A DNA stretch of 46,347 nucleotides, counting the filler, from Catajapyx aquilonaris (Eukaryota), in assembly GCA_000934665.2 (NCBI GenBank). It is 2 parts of 2 records of this genome, joined end to end, with 100 filler letters (N's around TTAATTAATTAA, not from the genome) between each part and the next. Parts side by side here need not be neighbours in the genome. Positions count along the whole stretch, not along the records: positions 23,228 to 46,347 come from JYFJ02005742.1; 1 more part is not named here. One strand, 5' to 3'. Both the position numbers and the translations under genes were made by a program. Under the pieces are notes generated by a model, which was not told the origin of the DNA, made no database searches, and saw nothing but the letters and a program-made list of their open reading frames with translations. This document shows positions 36,012-46,347 of the stretch, in pieces; position 1 is the stretch's first letter, and every line of letters begins with the position of its first letter.

Positions 36012-39000
36012 GTTTCACTAACCAAGTAATATGAGACTTTCCCCAGAAGACCAATTTAAAATCTATCCCATGGTAAGTTTCATTATTTTTGATTAACTTA
36101 AACCTTATTTAAAGCATACAGCATACAGCATGTACTGTAGTTCTTTTGAACCTCTGAACAGCTCATTTTACTGCATCTAGGACCATTTGCGGATCATCAA
36201 TGTTTTACGATTATCATGGTATCATACGCCGATGCACATTCAATAGCACAGTTGATAATAATAAGGAGTGTACAGTGCACGTACCTTCTCCGTTATGAGT
36301 ATACATCGAGATTTCCTTCTCAGGTTAATCGGCATGTGCAAGGGACAAAATATGAAATGATATTTACGTAGCAACTTCTATTGTCACCTAACTGACTGTA
36401 TAAAACTTTCCAGAAAGTCACAGGGTCATATTTAAAGAACATCTGCAAAAAAGGGGGGGGACGACGACACGAAATGTGTGGCTGAATAATTATGATGTAT
36501 ACATAAATATTACGTACCTGTAACTTTTATTGCAGTCATCAACATGATGCACCCAAGCCATGAATTCTGCAAGTTACAACCGTTCAGAGTATCTGGTAAA
36601 GTGAGTGTCGGAGGTGCCCGCTTGTGCCAGAGCTACTGGTTGGGACAGGATGTTTTCCTGCAGGAGTTGGACTCTCCTACTGGACAACATGACTCGGTCA
36701 TGCCGGAGTACATCTTCTTGGGAGCAGCCACCCAAACGCCCATGCCTTATGGCATGAAAATGAATGACGATATGAGAAGTAGCTCTCTTCTTGTCCATGA
36801 CTTTTTTCTGGATATTCTGACAGGAGTGGTGCATGTCTTTACCTTGTTCCTATACCTCCAAATTTTAGAGTACATGTACGGTCCGATGTCATTCAGCCGT
36901 CGGGACCTGGCCGCAATTGACATCCAGAGGGGCCGGGACTGGGGTCTGCCTTCATATGAAGAGGCTCTCAGATTATATGGGCTCATGAGTTATTTGGAAC
37001 GGAAGAAGCTGGACCCAAACAAGATGGTCGATATTAATAAATGGGTGAAAGACTCTGCAGTCTCTCCACAGGTAAGTGAGAATCACACTCCTTGTTGTTG
37101 TTGAGCATCAATTATGAGTACTTGCCCCCATATTCTTTGTTGCCTTGCAGCTTTTAAAGGAAGCAGATGACCTTTACAAAGGCAAACCTGTTGACCTGTT
37201 GGTGGGTGGTCTCCTGGAGGGCAGGAAAGGGTATCCTGGACCACTGTTTGAAGAAATGGCGAGGAAGCAGCTCCTGTCCATACGTGATGGAGACTACTTC
37301 TGGTTTGAAAATGCTGTCAACAAGTGAGAAACTAATAAGTGCTAATAATTATTTGTGTCGGTTATGCGTTCAAGAGATTCAGTTGTTAAGGGCAATAATT
37401 ATAGTTCAAGTTTCAAACTGCGAGCTTCAATGCCACTCATTCATTCGAAATAAATTTCGCTCTTTTCAAGCTGGTGATAATTCCAAATGAAATAATTATT
37501 GAAGGCTGAAATGTTTGCTCAATGAAATATTAATTTACTTTACAGACGGTTCAGCGCAAAGCAGATTGCCCGCCTCCGTGAAGTATTTCTTGGTGATCTC
37601 ATTCTCTTTTTGTTTGAAGTTGAGGCGGAAGATATTCAAGAGCGTGTTTTCTACCTTCCTACTAAAACAGGTACGTTCCGGAAGTGGAGATGATTTCCAC
37701 TGGGCATCCATGTTTTAAGCTGATGTGTTTTCCTTACACCATTACTCCGCATCCAGAAATGCTACCAGAAGGACACCCGTGTGAGACAAATTTCCCAAAT
37801 ACGGAGAGATGTTATGTCCCTGATCCCAATTGTGAAGGGGGTCCGATGAAGAAGGAAGGTGACATTAATTGGAATTGTTATCACGAAAAGGACACTTCGA
37901 GTGACCCTGACAAAATGGAAGAATGCACACCTCTGCAGACGATGTCATACTTTGACGGCAACATTGTTAGTGTCGTCTTCACTTGTGTGGTCTATTTCTT
38001 GGTCCTGGTGGCCCTGTGGGGACTGCTCAAGTTCCAGATCGCATCGTCCGAGCAGGAGTGGGAGGTGAGGGTTCCAGAACTGCTGGGACTGGTCAGCCTG
38101 TCCAGTGTCTACGGGACGAACATGCCTACCTTCGCAGCCATGGAATTTCAGGGAATGAGAGGGGGCTCCAGGTCTGTCGTTCTCCTCTTCAACACGAAGG
38201 ACAAGACCATCGAGTTGTGGGGACCTCTGGGAGGGGAGATCCGGACACTCAAACTTTCCCTCTTCACCAAAGTCAACATTGTAATGGGGGATGATGGCCA
38301 GCACCTCATCATCAAGGTATGCCCAGTACTAAGCAATTATTTACGTGCGAAAACAGGAGCCAAATTTCAACAAATTTATTGACTTGTTCATTGCTGTTGC
38401 ACTGTGTGCACAGTGCAGATTGTCTTGGAATAGGAACCTAAGACAGAGTGTCCCCCTTATTGTCCCCCACACCCTTTCAGGTGCCACACGAGTATGACAT
38501 GGTGTTGGAGTTTGTGACGTCCTCCCACCGAGATGTTCTGATGTCAGCCTTGGCTCACTTTCTGGATGAGAATAACATAGGCTATCTCTGCCGGAATGTG
38601 AAGCTTAGCGATGCTATGGCGAACGCCATCACCTTTGAGGACCGACAGGATATCCTGAAGCGTTACTTCAATGTCATAATTCTTCAGGCGCAAAGGGTGT
38701 ACAAAACTACAGCAACATTGCTCAGCCCGAAGGAAATGCGCAAGCGATACATGGAAGTGGCCAACGTGCAGCTTAACGAGCTCGAATTTGCGGAGGCCCT
38801 TGGGATGAGCTCCAAGTCTATCTTCGTTCAAAAGGTACTCGTGACGTGATGGGTTTCAGAATATATTTAGCTAACATATTTTCGTGACATTGGAAACGTG
38901 ATACAAGTTGTTGATTCCATGACTGCTTCATGACTGTACAAGGGAGACCAATTTTTTAAATTTAATAATCCTGCCTGTCTAATGCATGGTAGTATCCTTG

Positions 39001-40563
39001 GGCACAGGATTTCCACCTGTTATGCAGGAGAATCCGTGCAATTTCCTCCAGTGCAAACATGTGCTGAAACCCTGTGAGTGGTTAACGCAATGTGGTATTC
39101 TCATATCCACTATGAATGCATTCACACTAGTTTTACTGGCCGCTTGGTGTTAAATTATATTTTTGAGAGCTCTGGCAGACATATGTCCGTTTCACTCTTG
39201 CAATCGTAGAGTGGTACCTGATACAGTTGTACTCTTGGACCTGTGTTTCCTAGCTTATTGCAATGACAAGGTCGCATGAGAGAAGTTTTAATGAATGCTT
39301 TCTCGCAGTTGTTTCATCTGGTGGACAGCGACAAAGACGGATATGCAAGCATACGTGAATTCCTGAACTTCTTCCTTGTCTTCAGCAGAGGTATGATGAT
39401 TGTGCTGTTTCACATTCACCACTGAATCGTAGCACATGATCTTACTCGTTTGGGCTGGTTCAATTGGGGATTTCCCCAAATGCACAGGAGCACCGCAGTC
39501 GTGAGTCATTCGAGATGTCTGAAATTAATGCAAAACAATCGGAAGTTTTATAGATTGATTTTGGAATTGATCATGTGGTATATGTATGTGTACATTTTCA
39601 CAGTGCTACTTAACCTTTGTCCTACACTACAGAGTGAATGAGGCCTTTTCTGCATCTGTCCCAGTTGATTAAGCAACAACAATAATTTTGAGTGTCAGTC
39701 CTGCGTTGCCCTTGCACATACAAATGTGCTGTTAAATTCCAGCTACATTCACAGCTAGCCCTTCTTTTCTACTAGGTACTGCCAAAAGGAAGGTGAACAT
39801 GTTGTTTGAGATGTATGAGACCCGTGACACCCGTGGGAAACTGGGCTTTGCAGAGTTCAAGCAGATCCTAATGTGAGTGCTCAAAGGTGCTGAAGATGCG
39901 AGTGGAAAAGCGCTCTTATTTTGATTTTGTTTTTTGTGGCCTTGCAGAAACTTGGCTGACATATCAAATGCCAATGTCAATCGCCAGAACTTGTCTGAAG
40001 CAGTAGATGAGTTGATGAAGAACGCTGGGATATTTGAACAGACAGAGTTCAGGCCAATCGATCTGGAGAACGTTCTGCAGAGCAACAAGGACCTTCTTGG
40101 ATACGCCCACCTGGACCTGTATGGGCCAAACATCCCAGAAACAGGAGGATCCGTGGCCATGGCCATCGAGAGCAAGAGGCTGAGCTACTTCGATGCAGCC
40201 ATGCTGGGAGCCCTTGACCTCCACAAGTTGTTGCTTCTTCTTCACTTTTTTCTTTTTTTCTTAATCACTGTCAGAAACGTTATGGTGCCTTACGTGTGTT
40301 CTTTCGTGAATGTAGTTTGGAACAGGAGCAGAAATCTGAAGTAAGTAAGAGAACTAGCAGGGGAGACAACGTGGTCCTCCTGACCCTGGAAAAAGTGAGG
40401 AAGAGCAAGTTGGGCTCCTTGCTGACTGTCATACAACTTCACTGGGAGAAGATCTTGTGTTTTTTTATTGTCCTCGTAGCCTCTGTATGCGCACTGCTGT
40501 ATGGCTTAAGTAAGTCTTTCATTATTTAATATTATGCATAAAATTTGTGTGCTACTTATTCTG

Positions 40564-40595
<32 letters not shown>

Positions 40596-43500
40596 GGCTT
40601 GAGGTCTTGAAACTGCTGCATTGCAACATTAAGTGATAATGTAACACACCTGGAAGTGGATTCACTGAGATAGGTTGCTTTAACTCAAGGGTGCTCAGGT
40701 GTCTACCTGCGCCATGACATTATTTTTGTATTTCCTTAATCATCACTATTTTGCTTCTTTTCAGTGGTTGCTTCAGCACCATTCCATACGCTCCAAGCTT
40801 ATGTGTTTGGTCCGTCCTGGACGGTATCTGTACTGTCAGGAAATGCCGTGTTGTACCTCCTTTTCTTCCTTCCGCTCACCAACTGCCGGAACCTGCACAC
40901 ACACATGCGAGAGACATTTCTCTCCAATGTCATACCCTTCGACTCCATGCTTTTCATTCATAAAGTCATTGCCTGGATGGCATGCCTCTTCATGAGTAAG
41001 TACTCAGTATATCAGCAGTATTTGCAGGGAATGTGCATGCCACCTGATGTAATTATGTTGCTCTTTTTTATTTGCAGTCGTGCATGTGATATGCAATATT
41101 GTTACTTTTGCAACCCTGTCAGGAACTGAGCCTGAGGAAATAGACTGCATGACTTGGGTGCACCTAGAGTGAGTTTGTTTTGGTATTATTAGTACATTCA
41201 CTACACTTCTTGTGTTCCTTTCTATTTGGCACATAATTATCACATCCATTTTCACATGCAATATTTTACAACATGCATTTTGCCATCAACCAATCTCGTC
41301 ACCCAATTGCGAGGCTGCAATGAAGGCTCATACATGTACAGAATGTGCCTGTGGATGATGCCGCACTGTAGCGTACGCCACAGATTGCACTGGAAATTAC
41401 AATCACAAAGTACACCATGGCATTTAATGTGCCAGATGCAGTAGTGGGAAGCATTCATTGCCGGCAAGCCACACTTAATAAGAAACTGCTTTCAACACTC
41501 ATAGTCTTAGGAGTTACCAAAGTGCTTTATGTTACGTTGAATTGAAAGCAGGTGTAAGGGCCATTATACTGTTGTGTGGTGAACACGTCTTCTATTGCAG
41601 TGAGTTACACGATCATTTCTGAGCCACTGCGGGATAGCCAGGACCAATAACAATTGGCACTTTTAAAAATGCGAATGAACACTGATCAGAGTGTATCTCA
41701 GGGAGAAGTCTTACTGGATGTTCAGTAACATCACAGTATCGTTAAGTGTTAGAAGGCTTTTGGTATGTTTTTGCTTTGCACAGCAACACTGCTCATGAGC
41801 AGTAACATGAATAAGGCATTGAAGTATAACTTATTAGTATCATTGTTCACACTTTTAAGGAATGTCCATTTATTAAGTCAAACTTGCCAGAACCATGTGC
41901 AATGCTGAGATGTGCCAATTATGGATGGAACATATAGATCAATCAGAATGCATAATATTTCTGAATAATAATTCTGATTTTTATGCCATGTTTTGCTTTG
42001 TTTTCAGGACGCATTTGTGGGTGGATTTTGATTACTTCATGTGGCGCACCACAACTGGTTTGACAGGCAATGCCATGGTCATGATAATACTGGTCATGTA
42101 CTTCTTCTCACTCCGAATCTGTCGGCGGAAAGCCTTCCGCTGGTTCTGGGGCACACACAAAGCTTACCACATCATGTACCCTTTGATGATCTTGCACATC
42201 GTGGGAGACTCTCTGAAGGTAAAGTGCTGCCTAACGGTGTGTATAGTTCATGGAAGGCAAAAATAAATATGAAATTCATCGATTGCAACATAATTATCAT
42301 ACCAATTATTTAAGTAGAGAAAATAATACAACTGACATAATTTTACTCATGTCCTTTCCATGTTTTGTATTATTGTATTTATATCACTTGTACTTACTCT
42401 GCCCTTCTTAGGTCCCTGACCACTCCTGGCTCCTGATGACTCCTCTGATCATCTTCTACTTGGATCACTTTGGCACCCTCAGTCGCCAGAAGAGGCCCAT
42501 TGAAGTCATTGACTTTGAGCTACTACCTTCCAGTAATATGCCTTCTTGCATGATTGATAATATTATTATTATTATTAAGGTTGGACGGTGTGATCATTGG
42601 CAAATCCAGACCAAGTGATTGATCCTTGCTATTCCTTGTTGGTGGCAATGCACCACACAGGACTGCCCCATTCCACAACCATAGTTTCTGTGGAGCTTGG
42701 TATGGAAGATGGTTAATAAAGCCTCGTGCTTTATAGGGGGAAGGTCAAAAAGCACTTTTGGCCAATTAAACACGCATGGACACACGCACCATGTTATTAT
42801 CGAGGGTCGGCAAATTGTTGGGTTTACTAACGATCCTGCGTCCCAGCCAAAAATAAATGAGAATGGACACTCAGGTGTAGCCACGTACTGTTATTTGGAT
42901 GGATTAGCTGATCCACCAAAATGAAAGGTGACAGGCTGACTTAGAAATTAAGAATGAATAATAATGATAATTCAAGAGGGAATAGCGGGTCATTCACCCC
43001 AGCAACGGGTGTAAATGAGACGACCCATTGGAAGGAATAATATTAAGGCCAGGGTCATTTGCATGGAGTGACTATCATTTGCCCAATGTAACATTGCAAT
43101 GCTATGTTCATTCCACTTTTGGGAGGAATTCTTGAGCCAATTTTGATGCCAAATGGTCCTTTCATACTAGGTGCTGCTATTTCCCAAACAATTTTTTTTT
43201 TTCATGATTTAACTCGTTACATGGAATTTAATAACATGGCAGCACTTTCTCCTTTATCCAGCTCCAGGCCACTCCTCATTGAAATGGCACCTTTGCAATA
43301 CTCCATTAGTGACGAAGTAATACATGTGCGTGTTATCAGTTAACATTTGATGAAAACAATAAGGGGGAAATACTCTGATGTCCATGGCGATTGAATAGTC
43401 ACAAGAGATGAGCACATATTGTGATTAAAACCGGATCCTAATGCACAACTGACTCTATACCTCCAGACATGATCAAGCTTGTTGTTCGTCGCCCTCTGAA

Positions 43501-45012
43501 CTTTGAGTTCAAGTCTGGCCAGTGGGTGAGGATGGCCAGCAGCGGACTGAATGCAGAGGAGTTCCACCCCTTGACCATCGCCTCTTCTCCACGTCAGAGC
43601 GTCATGAACTTCTACATCCAGGTGCTTGGGCCCTGGACCTACAACATGAGGCACCTGTACCAAACCAGGAAGACCAGGAGGAAGAAGTACCCCAAGGTGA
43701 ACTATACACAGTCAGCTGCTTCTTGTGACTGCAACCTTCCTCTAATCTTCCTTCCTTCCTTCCTTCCGCACAGATCTATTTGGAGGGACCCTATGGATCA
43801 ATGGCACAGACGTGGAGGGACTACGAGGTCTCTGTCATCATTGCCGTAGGGGAAGGGGTTCTGACCTTCATATCAGTCCTGGATGATGTGGTTTTTCAGG
43901 GCAACAAGGCCATCCCAATGCCCTGCCAGAAGGTGAGTCGTATCCACTTATTGTAGTGAACTGTCAAATTTTTTGTTCTGACAAATCGATGAAAAGATTG
44001 TCACAGGACATATAATCGTTGCACTAGTAAGTCCAAGTCAACGACAGGAAAAATGAGATAATTTCATTAGCGTATGTTGAAAAAATTGGACTTGTAAGAT
44101 CATTACTGGTTTGTTTAAACGAAACTGAACAATAAGTAATTCTTATAAATTTTCTTGAAGGTTTATTTCATATGGTGCACCAGCTCCCAGAAGCATTACG
44201 AGTGGATGATTGAATTCCTTCAAGAACTAGAGAAGATAGACACTACTCGCATACTGTCCACGCACATCTGCATCACTGAAGCCACAGACAAGTACGACCT
44301 GAGGACCATCATGCTGTACCTGTGCGAGGAGCACTTCCACAAGATTCGAAACAGGTCCCTCTTCACTGGTCTCACCACGCAGACGCACTTTGGGGAGCCA
44401 GCCTACAGGACCTTCTTCACCTCCCTCAGGGCCATCTACTCCCACGTGAGCACACAGCTTGTTCTTTGCTCTGGTTGCTACATCCAGAGTGGTGCACTGC
44501 CCATGTCCGCAGTGTAAAGACCCATACACACAGGCCGTCGACGGTTTTGGTCTTTGGTTGCGTTGACGCCGCGGACCAATCATGACCCATGTAAACAATG
44601 TGTTGCGCATGTTTACATGAGTCATGATTGGTCTGCGGCATCAACGCGACCAAAGACCAACACTGTCGACGGCCTGTGTGTATGGGCCTTTAAGTAAGAG
44701 GGATGAGGGATGAGGATTGTTCAGTCCAGCCACCAGTCTAAAAAGGAAGCAACCATCGCATATGGGGCCATGACTGCTGTAGCTTATTGTTCCAATTGGG
44801 GTAGATGATATGAACAATCCTTCAACGTTGCCTTCATTTCCTATACCCATGTGTACTTGGACAGCACCCTGCACTTGCAAAATTGGTGAACCATGAAATT
44901 GTCCACCTTACTCTCAAGTACAGCATAACAGTTTTGCAAGTACTGTACAAGGCTCCCTCCCCAATAGCGTGGACATTGTGCTATGGTGGCATGTCATCAG
45001 TTATGCATTATT

Positions 45013-45082
<70 letters not shown>

Positions 45083-45228
45083 CCATCATAATTTCTGAAT
45101 TCGTGCAGGTGAAGAACTTTGGCGTGTACTGCGCAGGCAACCTGAAGAGCAAGAAAGAGCTGCACGATGTGATTGCCAGGGTGAACGAGACCAAAGGTGG
45201 TTACTTCGATCTCATCATGGTGAAGTGA
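27217..45228 (+). CDS. Duox: Divergent dual oxidase (Duox)-like protein, 24 exons, about 1803 aa: signal peptide, repeat domain, peroxidase-homology domain, TM, EF-hands, 6-TM heme domain, FAD/NAD(P)H domain
   Basis: Exons 27217-27286, 28426-28849, 31294-31388, 31604-31786, 32337-32507, 32830-33540, 36536-36778, 36869-37071, 37151-37323, 37546-37670, 37757-38316, 38481-38834, 39309-39390, 39776-39872, 39948-40226, 40316-40509, 40765-40995, 41078-41168, 42008-42218, 42412-42532, 43467-43696, 43774-43932, 44161-44445 and 45109-45228. They total 5412 nt, are all GT-AG and have compatible phases. Motifs: EYARFDGFGN, NLVTPWIDGSAVYG, QRGRDWGLP, IRDGDYFWFEN, DSDKDGYASIRE, KSGQW, HPLTIASSP, GPWT, EGPYG. 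Exons 1-3 and two weak donors (36779, 40227) are less certain. Confidence 0.88.
28440..28817 (+). repeat. Coding 24-bp tandem repeats: (EVVPEGDP)x12 then (G/E-GGDYGSP)x3
   Basis: gaagtagttcctgaaggcgatccc units, where the variants in the 28482-28745 array are at third codon positions, followed by ggaggcggtgattatggcagtccc units. Confidence 0.95.
28947..31040. repeat. Inverted copies of a roughly 235-bp repeat bracketing Duox-like intron 2
   Basis: 28947-29181 is the diverged reverse complement of about 30803-31040. A further diverged unit lies at about 30535-30790. The sub-motif tgaaattaatggactatg is shared. Confidence 0.8.
33914..34510 (+). mobile_element. tRNA-derived SINE (third family) interrupted by another SINE
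   Basis: B box ggttcgaatcc at about 33971, then cctgaccgttgttttccacgg. The element resumes after the insertion with ggccacagccgcttccttccc. Confidence 0.7.
34050..34464 (-). mobile_element. tRNA-derived SINE (head type B) with poly(A) tail, nested in another SINE
   Basis: Head and body align with 21695-21863. The 14-bp TSD gtcgattccgtata lies at 34036-34049 and 34465-34478. There is an internal imperfect hairpin at 34096-34213. Confidence 0.85.
34662..35140 (+). mobile_element. Non-LTR retrotransposon (LINE) relic
   Basis: GFRRTRCCMDHIFVL...LYALFVDLVKAFNSV is a reverse-transcriptase motif. It is followed by a degenerate C-terminal zinc knuckle CTLC...C. Confidence 0.8.
40565..40592 (+). repeat. 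(TG)n microsatellite
   Basis: Read directly from the sequence. Confidence 0.9.
44517..44690. mobile_element. Palindromic MITE (about 175 bp) in the last Duox-like intron
   Basis: aagacccatacacacaggccgtcgac... / ...gtcgacggcctgtgtgtatgggcctt. It is flanked by TA and is palindromic over almost its whole length. Confidence 0.85.
45013..45088 (+). repeat. (CAT)n microsatellite just upstream of the last exon acceptor
   Basis: Read directly from the sequence. The paralogous intron has only a short attattatcattatt at this position. Confidence 0.9.
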
Positions 45229-45855
45229 GAATTCTTCTTGCGACGAGTGGCTAGGATTGCAGAGTCAACCCCACACGCCTTTCCTACTAGCCACATGTTG
45301 TGTTTGGTTCCTTATTATTATGTTTTTGTAGCCAGGTGCATACAGCAGAGCAAGTCGGTCAGAAATGACGGATTGGATGTGCTGTTCGTCTCCAGGTTAC
45401 TTTTGTTTGTTCTGCGTAATAAAGGGTGGTTAAACTCCCAATCCATATTATTATTATTAATTACTCCACAAGGCCCAGAGGCCTTCTTCGGGGGACACAC
45501 ACTACATCTTTACAATGGTATCTAGTATTCACATTTCAACATCACAAAAAGTCAAATTCTTGATTATCAGGTCAAAGAAACGAGCCAACATAATATGATT
45601 GTATCTTCTTTAGATAGTGACCGAAAGAGCATGTGTAGCAGGTGAGGTGGGGTTCGAGGTATTTTGACAAGATATTTTTTCCTCACATTTCGAGAGAATA
45701 ATCTACATTCATATTATATCAGATGGAACATTATTAAGTCAGGGGTTCGGCGCTCCAGCACAGTGTATATGGGTGATTCTCCAAAAACTTACCATTTTCA
45801 AAGCAAGAATTAATGAATTTCAAAACTTGTTTTAAAAATCTGAAAAAATTCTCAC

Positions 45856-45857
<2 letters not shown>

Positions 45858-45901
<44 letters not shown>
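45858..45901 (+). repeat. (AAT)n microsatellite
   Basis: Read directly from the sequence. Similar tracts occur at 35976-36009 and in the SINE tails. Confidence 0.9.
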
Positions 45902-45902
<1 letters not shown>

Positions 45903-46347
45903 TTTATTTCCCTATACAAAGTAGTATTTGGAAAGACCATCCCCCTCCAAAACTTACATAACAATATCACATAGTTGTAATTTTTCCACTGCATTAAAAA
46001 AAAAATTATATAAAGAAAAAACCTTTATAGTAGGCATATCTATGAACAAGGTGTATACATCATCTGGTGGAACCCTCGGAAAATCTCTTACACACTCACG
46101 AGCTTCTTGGTAAAAAAAATACACTCAAACAGGATATGGAAAAGAGAACAACCAACCATATCATTACATAAGGAACATATTTCTTCATTGTCAATTTTCA
46201 TACAGTAACCTTGGATGTAAAGAACTCTGGAATTATTCCTTAAATTTATCATTAGTAGTAGCCCACTGCATATTACGGAGCCTCATGGAAAAATTCCGCA
46301 GTGTCGCCACCGTCTATGCGAGTTTAACATGGGAAAGCGCCACTGCG

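Overview
Eukaryotic, very likely arthropod, genomic DNA: GT-AG introns, CCTAA repeats and a TCAGTT initiator. Two contigs are joined by an artificial N/TTAATTAATTAA linker at 23128-23227. The left contig holds a complete 9-exon SLC22 organic cation transporter gene on the minus strand (about 587 aa) in a background of MITEs, foldback elements and tRNA-derived SINEs. The right contig holds the last three exons of one dual oxidase (Duox)-like gene, followed in tandem by a complete, phase-consistent 24-exon Duox-like gene (about 1803 aa by manual splicing). This protein keeps the full Duox architecture, the four transmembrane heme histidines and the FAD motifs. It has replaced essentially every NADPH-binding motif, the Arg/His pair of the O2-reducing pocket, the distal peroxidase residues and EF-hand 2. 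It has also gained an N-terminal (EVVPEGDP)12-(GGDYGSP)3 repeat exon. The NADPH-site changes are shared by both tandem copies, which suggests a maintained pseudo-oxidase or a re-purposed Duox clade. A second notable signal is a palindromic element with 8-bp target duplications inserted twice, in opposite orientations, at almost the same position of related SINEs. All gene models and motif comparisons were made by eye, and canonical motifs were recalled rather than aligned.
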